Shown piece after piece: positions 55,153 to 63,273 of a stretch of 64,000 nucleotides of DNA (position 1 is its first letter; each line of letters opens with the position of its first letter). A program made the position numbers and the translations under genes. Under the pieces are notes generated by a model. The model was given only the letters and a program-made list of their open reading frames with translations. It did not search any database and had not been told where the DNA came from. The DNA is from Campylobacteraceae bacterium (GTDB taxonomy: Bacteria; Campylobacterota; Campylobacteria; Campylobacterales; Sulfurovaceae), in the NCBI GenBank assembly GCA_027035765.1, contig JALVUD010000019.1, positions 45,757 to 109,756 on the forward strand, read 5' to 3'.

Positions 55153-55235
55153 CCCCGTCATTCCGGACCCGATCCGGAATCCAGGACCGGAGATACCGTC
55201 GATGCCCTGGATCCTGAATCAAGTTCAGGATGACA
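55153..55235. repeat. ~83-nt three-stem REP-like element, copy 1
   Basis: attccgga-cccga-tccggaat, ccagg...cctgg and atcctgaa-tcaag-ttcaggat. Near-identical to 60522-60607. It sits between convergent genes. Confidence 0.9.
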
Positions 55236-55260
55236 CACTGTGGTGCGATTCAGAAAGGAC

Positions 55261-55482
55261 TCAGTCCAGATATTTCTCTTTCTTCAGCTCTTTGTCTTTT
55301 TGAAGCTCTCTAAAGATCATGGCGACGATCCCGATGACTACCACCAGGACCCCCGCCGTGACAGTGATTTTGAAAAAGAGCTTCCACTCCAGCCACTCAT
55401 CCCAGACCTGGCCGATGAGCAAAACGGCATAAACAGCCAGGATCAGGGCCACTGCCACTCCTGCGATCTGCATGGTCTTCAT
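55261..55482 (-). CDS. small two-helix membrane protein
   Basis: 73 aa with two TM helices and a Lys-rich tail. ATGA overlap with the upstream DUF4177-like gene. Confidence 0.55.
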   Translation of the reverse strand: MKTMQIAGVAVALILAVYAVLLIGQVWDEWLEWKLFFKITVTAGVLVVVIGIVAMIFRELQKDKELKKEKYLD

Positions 55483-55697
55483 TGTCTCTTCTCCCTTTTC
55501 ATGATGACGACATAGCCCTCCCGGCGCCAGAAGAGCAGCATCCGTCGGATATCCTTCTCCATCGTTACCACCTCCCAGCCCTCTTCGGCATTGGCGTTGA
55601 GAAACTGGGTGAAACGGATCGGATCGACCTTCGACTGACCCAAAAGGAGGGAGCCGAGCATCCCTTCCCGATAGAGGACGGCTTTGTATTCCAACAT
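55479..55697 (-). CDS. DUF4177-like small protein
   Basis: 72 aa: MLEYKAVLYREGMLGSLLLG...LNANAEEGWEVVTM. Confidence 0.6.
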   Translation of the reverse strand: MLEYKAVLYREGMLGSLLLGQSKVDPIRFTQFLNANAEEGWEVVTMEKDIRRMLLFWRREGYVVIMKREKRQ

Positions 55698-55755
55698 CTC
55701 GCTACCCCTTTTGTTTTTGCAGATTATATCCAGGTATTGTGAAGAGATCGTGAGA

Positions 55756-56280
55756 TCAGGGACGCAAATCTTCGCGCATCCGTTCGTAGAGTTTTTGGGG
55801 ATTGAAACTGGCGATACTCTCGCCGGTAAAGCGGTGGGGCAGATACTCGAAGAGGAAATAGAAGATCCAGATCATCGGGTAGAAGGCTTTGTACTCTCGG
55901 GAAAAGGCCCGAAAGGTGTAGCGCTCACGGAACCAGCGAACGGCACTTTCGACACCGTTGTGATAGAGCAGCATCTCGATAGCGAAAACCAGGCCCCAGA
56001 CCATATAGGTCATCCCGATCACCATCACCCCCGCTTCGACTCCGTAGAGTGAGACGGCCATGGCCAGAAAGAGGGCCATAAAGAGAGCGAAGGAGTGGAA
56101 GCCCAGCGCCGCGACGATGACGACGACGGAGAAGACGAAGAGGAGGGCGCCGAACATGACGATCGCTTCGATATAGCTCTGCTCCTCGGCGAAAGTGGGG
56201 CTGGTCCAGGCCCCGGCCAGCAGCAGAAAAAAGGCACCGACGACAGCGAGGATAAAGTAGAGTTGGTCTTTCTTTTTCAT
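55756..56280 (-). CDS. hypothetical polytopic membrane protein
   Basis: 174 aa from the ATG at 56280 (MKKKDQLYFILAVVG...) with 4-5 TM helices. Confidence 0.6.
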   Translation of the reverse strand: MKKKDQLYFILAVVGAFFLLLAGAWTSPTFAEEQSYIEAIVMFGALLFVFSVVVIVAALGFHSFALFMALFLAMAVSLYGVEAGVMVIGMTYMVWGLVFAIEMLLYHNGVESAVRWFRERYTFRAFSREYKAFYPMIWIFYFLFEYLPHRFTGESIASFNPQKLYERMREDLRP

Positions 56281-56297
56281 CGGAAACACCCTTGTCG

Positions 56298-56380
56298 AGT
56301 GAGGAACCGAAGATTGGGAACTAGTAACGAGTAACGAGGAACGAGTAACCGATTTCGTAGCGTGGGATTGCTATCCCACG
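56298..56380. repeat. composite module AGTGAGGAACCGAAG-TTGGG-(AACNAGN x4)-AACCGATTTCGTAG-hairpin cgtgggat-tgct-atcccacg
   Basis: Collinear with 22229-22304. Inverted partial copies at 24630-24690 and 54576-54640. Confidence 0.9.
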
Positions 56381-56384
56381 AAAG

Positions 56385-56575
56385 GGTGAATGGTGAAGGG
56401 TGAATGGTGAATGATTTTGGTAGGCGTTGCATAGCAACGCTTTTACTTTTATCAAAAAAGGTGAGAAGGTAAGAAGGTGGGAAGGTGGGTAGTATAGGGT
56501 TTGTAATACCTTCCCGCCTTCTCACCAGCGCGAAGCGCGATCCCACCTTCTGACCTCTGTTGAAACGACGAAAAA
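56385..56575. repeat. ~190-nt composite mosaic element, copy A
   Basis: GTGAATG x3 (56386-56406), hairpin gcgttgc-ata-gcaacgc plus tttt (56417-56437), AAGGTRRG octamer x4 (56451-56482), then ...taccttcccgccttctcaccagcgcgaagcgcgatcccaccttctgacctctgttgaaacgacg. Collinear with 63274-63470. Confidence 0.9.
56447..56519 (-). terminator. long imperfect hairpin plus T6 (minus strand) inside composite copy A
   Basis: On the minus strand, ggtgagaaggcgggaaggta...taccttcttaccttctcacc is followed by TTTTTT. The arms are formed by the octamer array. Confidence 0.5.
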
Positions 56576-56614
56576 CGCCGAAGGCGACACTACTTGCGAC
56601 TTGCGATTCCAACG

Positions 56615-58567
56615 TCAGCCCCTTATCCCATAGAGCCGCGTCAGGGATTCCAGCTTCGGTTTTCGTCCCAGCCACTGCTGGTAGAGGGCGCTCATCTCTT
56701 CGCTGCCGCCGCGGCTGAGGATATGCTCTTCGTAGCCCCTTGCCATCTCCCGGTCGAAGTTGCCCTCGCTATCGAGGCAGGCGAAGAAGGCGTCGGCGCT
56801 GAGGACCTCTGCCCATTTGTAGCTGTAGTACCCCGCGGCGTAGCCGCCGGCGAAGATGTGGGCGAAGCCGTGCTGAAAGCGGTTGTAGGCCGGGGGCTTG
56901 AGCAGGGCGGTGCGCTCGCGGATCTCCTCCAGGAGCTTCTGGACCTCCTCGCCCTGGTAGAGGCGCTGATGGAGGCGGAAGTCGAAGAGGGCGAACTCCA
57001 GCTGCCGGAGCATCCCCAGGGCCGCCTGGAAGTTCTTGGCCGCTTTGATCCGGGCCAGGAGATCCCCGGGGATCGGCTCGCCGCTTTCGTAGTGAAAGGC
57101 GAAACGCCGCAGGATCGGGGCTTCGTAGGCGAAGTTCTCCAGGAACTGGCTGGGGAACTCCACCACATCCCAGGCGACGCCGTTGATGCCACTGACAGAG
57201 CGCTCCGGCACCCGGCTCATGAGATGATGCAGCGCATGGCCCATTTCGTGAAAGAGGGTCACCACATCGTCGTGGCGCAGCAGGCTGGGCTGAGCATCGC
57301 TGGCCGGGGCGAAGTTGCCCACGACAAAGGCGCTGGGCAGGTGCTCGGCTCCCCGGCTGTCGACAAAACGGGTCTCCCAATCGTGCATCCAGGCCCCGCC
57401 GCGCTTGGACTCTCTGGCCTCCAGGTCGAAATAGATCCGCCCCGAGAGCTCACTCCCCCGGTAGATATCGAAGGGACGGACCGTGGGGTGCCAGACGGGA
57501 ACCTCCACCGCCTCGAAACGGAGGCCGAAGAGCTCGCTGACGATCTCCAGGAGCCCTGCCAGGACCCTTTCACGTTCGAAATAGGGTTTGGTTTCGCTCT
57601 CGTCGAAGTCGTAGAGGTGCTTTTTGAGCTTTTCGCTGTAGTAGGCCACATCGTAGCTGGCCAGATCTTCCAAGCCGTCCAGATCCCGGGCGAAATGCCG
57701 CAGCTCCTCCAGCTCCGAGCGCCCCTGGGGCAGGGAGAGATCCACCAGCTTCTCCAGAAAGTCGATCACCTCCCACTCGTTGCGGGCATCCCGGCTCTGA
57801 AGGGCGTATTCGGCGTAGTTGCCAAAGCCCAGCATTTCGGTTTTGCGCCGGCGTAGCTCCAGGATCCGGTCGATGACGGCGGCATTTTCGGGAGCTCGGG
57901 TGGTATAGGCCCGGTAGAGCTCTTCGCGGAGCTTCCGGTTGGGACCGTAGATCATATAGGCCATATAGCTGGGGATCTGGAGGGTGAAGCGCCACTTGGT
58001 CTTGCTCTCGTCTTCGAAACGGGCGGCGGCCAGATCGCTTTCGGGAATCCCCGCCACATCCGCAGGATCCTCGATGATCAGCTCATAGGCTTGGGTGGCG
58101 TCCAGCAGATTCTGACTGAAACGGTTGGAGAGTTCGCTCAGCTCCAGATCGATGGCTTCGAGCTCTTTTTTCTGCTCCAGAGGCAGCTCCGCCCCGCTGA
58201 GGCGGAAATCCCGGATCTCGTTCTCCAGGACCTTCTGCTGCTCAGGGGTTTGGGGACGGAGACGTTTGAGTTTGGCGTAGAGGGCCTCGTTTTGGGCGAT
58301 TTCGCTGTGGAAGCGGCTCAGCAGGGGTAGAGAGGCTTCGTAGGCCTTTTGGGTCGCCTCGGAGTTGAGGACGCTGTTGAGATGGGAAAGCGGTGTGAAG
58401 AAGAGGCTGCGCTCCTCGTCCAGATCCTCCATGGGCTTGAGGACCGCTTCGTAGTCGTCGCTCTCGCTCTGTGCCAACGCATCGATCCGCTCTTTCTGTT
58501 GTTTGAGCAGGGCGTCGAGTTCTGTGGCAAAGGTCTCCAGATTCTCTAAGTGAAATTGGGCGAACAT
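56615..58567 (-). CDS. prlC: M3-family oligopeptidase A
   Basis: Zinc motif FHEMGHALHH and a length of about 650 aa from the ATG at 58567. Confidence 0.9.
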   Translation of the reverse strand: MFAQFHLENLETFATELDALLKQQKERIDALAQSESDDYEAVLKPMEDLDEERSLFFTPLSHLNSVLNSEATQKAYEASLPLLSRFHSEIAQNEALYAKLKRLRPQTPEQQKVLENEIRDFRLSGAELPLEQKKELEAIDLELSELSNRFSQNLLDATQAYELIIEDPADVAGIPESDLAAARFEDESKTKWRFTLQIPSYMAYMIYGPNRKLREELYRAYTTRAPENAAVIDRILELRRRKTEMLGFGNYAEYALQSRDARNEWEVIDFLEKLVDLSLPQGRSELEELRHFARDLDGLEDLASYDVAYYSEKLKKHLYDFDESETKPYFERERVLAGLLEIVSELFGLRFEAVEVPVWHPTVRPFDIYRGSELSGRIYFDLEARESKRGGAWMHDWETRFVDSRGAEHLPSAFVVGNFAPASDAQPSLLRHDDVVTLFHEMGHALHHLMSRVPERSVSGINGVAWDVVEFPSQFLENFAYEAPILRRFAFHYESGEPIPGDLLARIKAAKNFQAALGMLRQLEFALFDFRLHQRLYQGEEVQKLLEEIRERTALLKPPAYNRFQHGFAHIFAGGYAAGYYSYKWAEVLSADAFFACLDSEGNFDREMARGYEEHILSRGGSEEMSALYQQWLGRKPKLESLTRLYGIRG

Positions 58568-58804
58568 CGGCTTCCTTTTTGATGCAATGATAGTGATAAA
58601 AATACTGCTATATGATTCTGAGAAATATTGTCGGCATTGTAGCATAGTCGCCTCAGAGCGTTCGAAATTTCACAGGACACTTTTCTACCCTTTTTACACT
58701 GTTTCACGACAAAGAAGAAAGGAAACGAAGAATTTCCACGTCAAAGACAAGGAGCTTTGGATAGAATTTGAGATCGATTCTCGTTGGAAAGTGGGTGTTT
58801 GCAG

Positions 58805-60496
58805 ATGTGGACGTGGTGGCGGATCATTGCACTGTTGTCAATCCTGGCTTCGACGCTCTGGAGTGTAGAGGGACCTCGTGGCCCTGAGACTCGGACCGGG
58901 AAGGAGACGCTGAGTCAGAGTGAACGGGCCTATCTCCGGAAAAAGCAGGCGATCCGTATGTGTGTCGATCCCCACTGGATGCCGATGGAGCATGTAGACA
59001 GCCAAGGCCGCTACGAAGGGATCCTGGCAGATTTTTCCCGCCTGATCTCCCGGAAACTCGGCCTCCCTTTCCGTCTGGTCCGGACACCGGATTATCAGAC
59101 CAGCCGCCGCTATCTCAAAGAGGGACGCTGCGATATCATCATGGGGGAGCAGGCCACCCCCGAGGTGCTCAAGCACTATCTGGCCACCCGTCCCTACTAT
59201 CGGGCGCCCCGAGCTTTCGTCACCCATGTGGATGCGACCCTGGTGCACAACTTTTCACAGATCGCCCATTCGGGGCCGGTGGGGGTTTTGAAAAACTCTC
59301 CGGCTGAAACACTGCTTCCCAAACTCTATCCCGGGATCCGTCTGGTCGCGATGAAAGACGGGGACGCCGGATTGAGAAAGGTGGCCTCCAAAGAGCTGGT
59401 GGCTTTTGTCAATATCATTCCCAGTCTTGTCTATTCGATTCAGAAACAGGGCCTGAGCAATCTCAAGATCGCCGGAACCCTCCCCGACGAGGTGAAGCTC
59501 TCGATGCTCGTCAACAAAAACGAAGCTCCCCTGGTCCCCATCCTGAACAAGGCGATCGGAAGCATCACGCAGCAGGAGCGTCAGAAGATTCTGAGCCGAT
59601 GGGTCCAGATACGCTACGCAGCCCATCCGGACCATACGGGGCTGATTCGACTGCTCCTCCTCCTGGGACTGCTTTCGGTGATCCTGCTTGCCTGGCTCTA
59701 TCACACCCGCCGGATGCACCGTGCCTTGCAGAAAGTCCACCGGGAGCTGGAGGCGAAGTTTCAGAAAGAGTTGGAGCGTAACCGCGAACATCAGCTGATG
59801 CTGCTGCAGCAGAACCGGCTGGCCCAGAAGGGGCAGATTCTCAATATGATTGCCCATCAATGGCGCCAACCCCTCAATATACTCTCCATTGTCACACAGG
59901 TCTGTCTTTCGCAGATGCGAAAAGAGGTCGGGCAGAGCGAAGTCCTGGATCATTTCGAGGAGAAAAGCAAAAGCCTGATCGGCGAGATGTCGGCAACCAT
60001 CGACTCTTTTCGGGACTTTTTCCGCCCGGAGAGGGCGCGGGTGGCTTTCAGCGTCAATCGTGTCGTCGAAGATCTCTTTCCGATGATCCGGCCCCTCTAT
60101 GAGCAGCAGGGAATCGATCTGAAGTGGAGGGCTGAGAAGGAGATTTCCTATCGGGGGTATCCCAAAGAGCTGGGCCAGGCTCTGCTGAATATCCTCTACA
60201 ATGCCTCCGAAGTGATCCGGGAACGAGAGATAAGGAACGGCCGTGTCGATGTCGGCCTCCGTGAAGAGGGGGATCAGATCCTTTTGGAAATCTGTGACAA
60301 CGCCGGAGGCGTCTCCAAGGAGATCATCGGGGAGATCTTCGATCCCTATTTCTCCACCAAAGATGCCAAAAACGGTACGGGATTGGGCCTCTATATGAGC
60401 AAATTGATCGTCGAGGAGCACATGGGAGGGCGTCTGGAGGTTTACAACAGTGCAGAGGGGGCCTGTTTCCGGATCCGCTTTCCGCTGGTGAGTTGA
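58805..60496 (+). CDS. sensor histidine kinase with periplasmic solute-binding (SBP_bac_3-like) domain
   Basis: Signal/anchor, a periplasmic domain of about 230 aa, a TM helix, the H-box MIAHQWRQPLN, and an ATPase domain (N-box LLNILYNASE, G-boxes DNAGG and GTGLGLYMS). Confidence 0.85.
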   Translation: MWTWWRIIALLSILASTLWSVEGPRGPETRTGKETLSQSERAYLRKKQAIRMCVDPHWMPMEHVDSQGRYEGILADFSRLISRKLGLPFRLVRTPDYQTSRRYLKEGRCDIIMGEQATPEVLKHYLATRPYYRAPRAFVTHVDATLVHNFSQIAHSGPVGVLKNSPAETLLPKLYPGIRLVAMKDGDAGLRKVASKELVAFVNIIPSLVYSIQKQGLSNLKIAGTLPDEVKLSMLVNKNEAPLVPILNKAIGSITQQERQKILSRWVQIRYAAHPDHTGLIRLLLLLGLLSVILLAWLYHTRRMHRALQKVHRELEAKFQKELERNREHQLMLLQQNRLAQKGQILNMIAHQWRQPLNILSIVTQVCLSQMRKEVGQSEVLDHFEEKSKSLIGEMSATIDSFRDFFRPERARVAFSVNRVVEDLFPMIRPLYEQQGIDLKWRAEKEISYRGYPKELGQALLNILYNASEVIREREIRNGRVDVGLREEGDQILLEICDNAGGVSKEIIGEIFDPYFSTKDAKNGTGLGLYMSKLIVEEHMGGRLEVYNSAEGACFRIRFPLVS

Positions 60497-60521
60497 TCCG
60501 GAAATTTAACCATAGAAAATT

Positions 60522-60607
60522 CCCCCGTCATTCCGGACTTGATCCGGAATCCAGGACCGGGAATACCCATAGATGCCCTGGATCCTGAATCGAGTTCAGG
60601 ATGACGA
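60522..60607. repeat. ~85-nt three-stem REP-like element, copy 2
   Basis: cccccgtcattccggacttgatccggaatccaggaccgggaatacccatagatgccctggatcctgaatcgagttcaggatgacga. It sits between convergent genes. Confidence 0.9.
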
Positions 60608-60610
60608 AGT

Positions 60611-61381
60611 TTAATCATCGGTTGCCTCCAAGAACTTCTCCAAAACCTTCGCAAAGTCGGGATGATCAAGGATATCGGTATGGTCGCTTCCGGGAAGGAT
60701 CCGTACCGTGACACTGCTTTGTCGCAGGCTGTCGATGAGATGTTGGGAGTTGCGGCGGGGAATGACCCGGTCATGCTCTGCCAAAAGGACCAGGGTTTCG
60801 GCCTTGACCTCCGGCGCATAACGGAGGCTATCGAAGGGATCCTTGATGATGAGGCGGACGGGAAAGATGGGGTAACGCCGTTGGCCCAGAGCGGCGATAC
60901 TGTCGTAGGGGGTGACGAGGATCAGCCGCTTCACGGGTCGACGGGCCGCCAGATAGACCGCGACCCCGCTGCCCAGACTCCGGCCGATCACGTCAACCTG
61001 ACGGTGGCGGGGGGCGACGGTATCGTAGAGTTTCAAGGCCATCTCAAAAAGAGCTGCCTGGGAGGGGGTGCCTTCGCTGCGTCCATAGCCGGGGTAGTGG
61101 GGGAAATAGAGGGTATGTTCCGGAAGCATCGCCGCCAGGGTGTCGGGATCTTCCCAGTAGTGTTCCGAATTGCCGGGGAAGTAGATGAGGCCCTTCGCTC
61201 GCCCTTCGTTTCGCACTTCGATCCGAATCCTCTTGCCGCCCAGTTCGAGGAAAAATCCGTGCCTGGCCGGCGTCTCACCGGTGGGATGAAAGAGAATGGA
61301 GCGCTGGGAGAGATAGAGCCAGGCCAGAGCTCCCAGATAGAGCAGGAGCAGGAGGAGCAATCCCCAGGCCAGCATCTTCAT
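60611..61381 (-). CDS. alpha/beta hydrolase
   Basis: N-terminal anchor and nucleophile elbow GRSLGSG. ATGA overlap with the truD stop. Confidence 0.75.
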   Translation of the reverse strand: MKMLAWGLLLLLLLYLGALAWLYLSQRSILFHPTGETPARHGFFLELGGKRIRIEVRNEGRAKGLIYFPGNSEHYWEDPDTLAAMLPEHTLYFPHYPGYGRSEGTPSQAALFEMALKLYDTVAPRHRQVDVIGRSLGSGVAVYLAARRPVKRLILVTPYDSIAALGQRRYPIFPVRLIIKDPFDSLRYAPEVKAETLVLLAEHDRVIPRRNSQHLIDSLRQSSVTVRILPGSDHTDILDHPDFAKVLEKFLEATDD

Positions 61382-62556
61382 CGTTCACGTCTCTTTTTGG
61401 ATCGGTTTTTTTTATCGGGTGCCGATTTTGCTCGGTGGCGCTGCGACTCGACTTTTGTAGAATCCGATTCGGGTTTCGGAGCCAGAGAGCGCTGGGCCAG
61501 CTCCTCCAGCAGCGTAGTGGCATAGGCCCCGGGAGGGAGGGTAAACTCCAGCTCCAGCGCCTCCTGATCGGGAAGGATCTTCCCGCTCAGATCTTCGGGC
61601 CAGATCCAGGCATCCCGCCGGTCGCCGGGCAGGGCGGTGAGCTCTTCGTCGTCCCAGGGGGCCTCCAGGTGTCTTGCGTCGGAGCGGGCCCGCCAGACTT
61701 TGGCCCCGGGGAGCAGCCCGGTGACCGTGAGGCGTTTCCGAGCGAAGGCCTGGGCATCCTGCAGGGGATCGCGGCAGCCAAAGAGTTTTTTCCCGTCGGG
61801 AACCTTGCGCAGCAGATCCCCCTGAAAAAGTTTGAAAAAGCCCGGCTGGGTACGCAGTGCCTGGATCAGCTCCCTGGGCCACTGCAGGTTTTTGGCCGCC
61901 TCGACTTCACTTTGGGCCCTGATGATCTGTGAGGCACGGACCCGTTCCGAAAGCCAGCGGTTGAAGAGATGACTCTGCCAGGCGGCGACCAGGAGCTTTT
62001 CGCGGCTCCCCTTGAGCCGCTTGCCGCTTTGGGCGATCTGTCGTCCCTGTTCCCAGCTGCGGCCATCCTCACCGAAACGCTGATAGCCGAAGTAGTTGGG
62101 GATCCCGGAGGATTCGAACACTTTCGCCTGCCCGATCAGCCGCTGCGCTTCTGAGGGGGTGATACGGTCCAGTAGGATGCGGAAACGGTTGCCCCTCAGA
62201 GCTCCCATTTTCAAAGGGGAGCGGTCTCTGCTCACCTCCAGCAGCTCGATGCGCTCGGTTTTGAGGTTCTTGAGCTCTTTTTCGTAGCGGAGGGGGAGGG
62301 TGAAATACTGGATCGCTGTCGCAGCTTTGTCTTTGAGCCCGGCATAGCCGATCTGGCGCTCCTGCGCTCCCGTGGCCTTTTGCAGGACACTCAGCAGCCG
62401 CCAGGTGCTCAGGTCGCGCTTGAGGATTTTCAGCCGGAGGTATTCTCCCCGGCCGGTGGGAGGGTGGAGAGGAATCTCCTCCACACGAAAACGTTCGACA
62501 CTCTGGTAGAAACGGAACGAAAAAGGCTTGAAGCCCTCGATAAGGGTAGGTTGCAT
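61378..62556 (-). CDS. truD: tRNA pseudouridine(13) synthase TruD
   Basis: FRVEEIP and GYAGLKDK blocks, with a basic C-terminal tail. Confidence 0.85.
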   Translation of the reverse strand: MQPTLIEGFKPFSFRFYQSVERFRVEEIPLHPPTGRGEYLRLKILKRDLSTWRLLSVLQKATGAQERQIGYAGLKDKAATAIQYFTLPLRYEKELKNLKTERIELLEVSRDRSPLKMGALRGNRFRILLDRITPSEAQRLIGQAKVFESSGIPNYFGYQRFGEDGRSWEQGRQIAQSGKRLKGSREKLLVAAWQSHLFNRWLSERVRASQIIRAQSEVEAAKNLQWPRELIQALRTQPGFFKLFQGDLLRKVPDGKKLFGCRDPLQDAQAFARKRLTVTGLLPGAKVWRARSDARHLEAPWDDEELTALPGDRRDAWIWPEDLSGKILPDQEALELEFTLPPGAYATTLLEELAQRSLAPKPESDSTKVESQRHRAKSAPDKKNRSKKRRER

Positions 62557-62567
62557 GGAGGGATTAT

Positions 62568-62619
62568 ACAGGATTTAGGATGGAAGATGGAAAATGGAAG
62601 ATGAAATTTTCCATCTTCC
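62568..62619 (-). terminator. heptamer units (ACAGGAT TTAGGAT GGAAGAT GGAAAAT GGAAGAT) whose last unit forms a hairpin ggaagatg-aaattttc-catcttcc
   Basis: 8-bp stem at 62596-62619, located 34 nt downstream of the ubiX stop on the minus strand and followed there by attttcc. Confidence 0.4.
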
Positions 62620-62652
62620 CACTGGGAACCATGGAAACAAGATAATTACTAG

Positions 62653-63183
62653 TTACTCGTTCCCCTCCCATCGCCGATAGAGCTGATGTTCGATCCCCAG
62701 CAGGTCGTACCATTTTCCAATCCAGAAGCGTTCCATGGCCTCCAGGGAGTCGTGGTCGCTGTAGTAGCCGGGGAGGGGTGGGGCGATGTGGACGCCAAGG
62801 CGGGAGAGTTTGAGCATGTTCTCCAGGGCGATGGGGGAGAAGGGCATCTCCCGGGGAGCCAGGAGGAGGGGTCTGCGCTCTTTGAGGGCTACGGCGGCGG
62901 CACGGGTGGTGAGGGTGTCGGATATACCGCAGGCGATCTTGGCCAGGGTGTTCATGGAGCAGGGGATCACGGCGGTGGCATCCACTCCGAAGGAGCCGCT
63001 GGCGATGGCGGCGGCGATGTTGTCGTCGCTGTGGAAGGTGATATTGCCCATCTCGTGCTGCTGGACGGTCCGGGCGTTGTCTGAGAAGATCACATGGGCT
63101 TCGATCCCGTCAGGGAGCCAGCGGACAAACTTCTCCCCCAGCTCCACGCCGCTGGCTCCGGAGATGGCGACAGCTATTTTCAT
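62653..63183 (-). CDS. ubiX: flavin prenyltransferase UbiX
   Basis: MKIAVAISGASG..., ...CSMNTLAKIA..., 176 aa. Confidence 0.9.
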   Translation of the reverse strand: MKIAVAISGASGVELGEKFVRWLPDGIEAHVIFSDNARTVQQHEMGNITFHSDDNIAAAIASGSFGVDATAVIPCSMNTLAKIACGISDTLTTRAAAVALKERRPLLLAPREMPFSPIALENMLKLSRLGVHIAPPLPGYYSDHDSLEAMERFWIGKWYDLLGIEHQLYRRWEGNE

Positions 63184-63202
63184 CGTGAAAGCTCCGCTTT
63201 CG

Positions 63203-63261
63203 AGTGAAGAGTGAAGAGTGAAGAGTGAATAGTTTTGGTTAGTGAGGAGTGAGGAGTGAGG
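63203..63261. repeat. heptamer arrays AGTGAAG x3, AGTGAAT, AGTTTTG, then AGTGAGG x3
   Basis: 63203-63237 and 63241-63261, followed by the junction aaccgg as at 22236 and 56305. Confidence 0.95.
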
Positions 63262-63273
63262 AACCGGTTTTTA

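Noticed and set aside
55261-55697. Toxin-antitoxin pair, suggested by two overlapping small genes
   Set aside because: One product is a two-helix membrane protein and the other a DUF4177-like protein. Neither shows nuclease, kinase or DNA-binding antitoxin features, and they are part of a three-gene operon.
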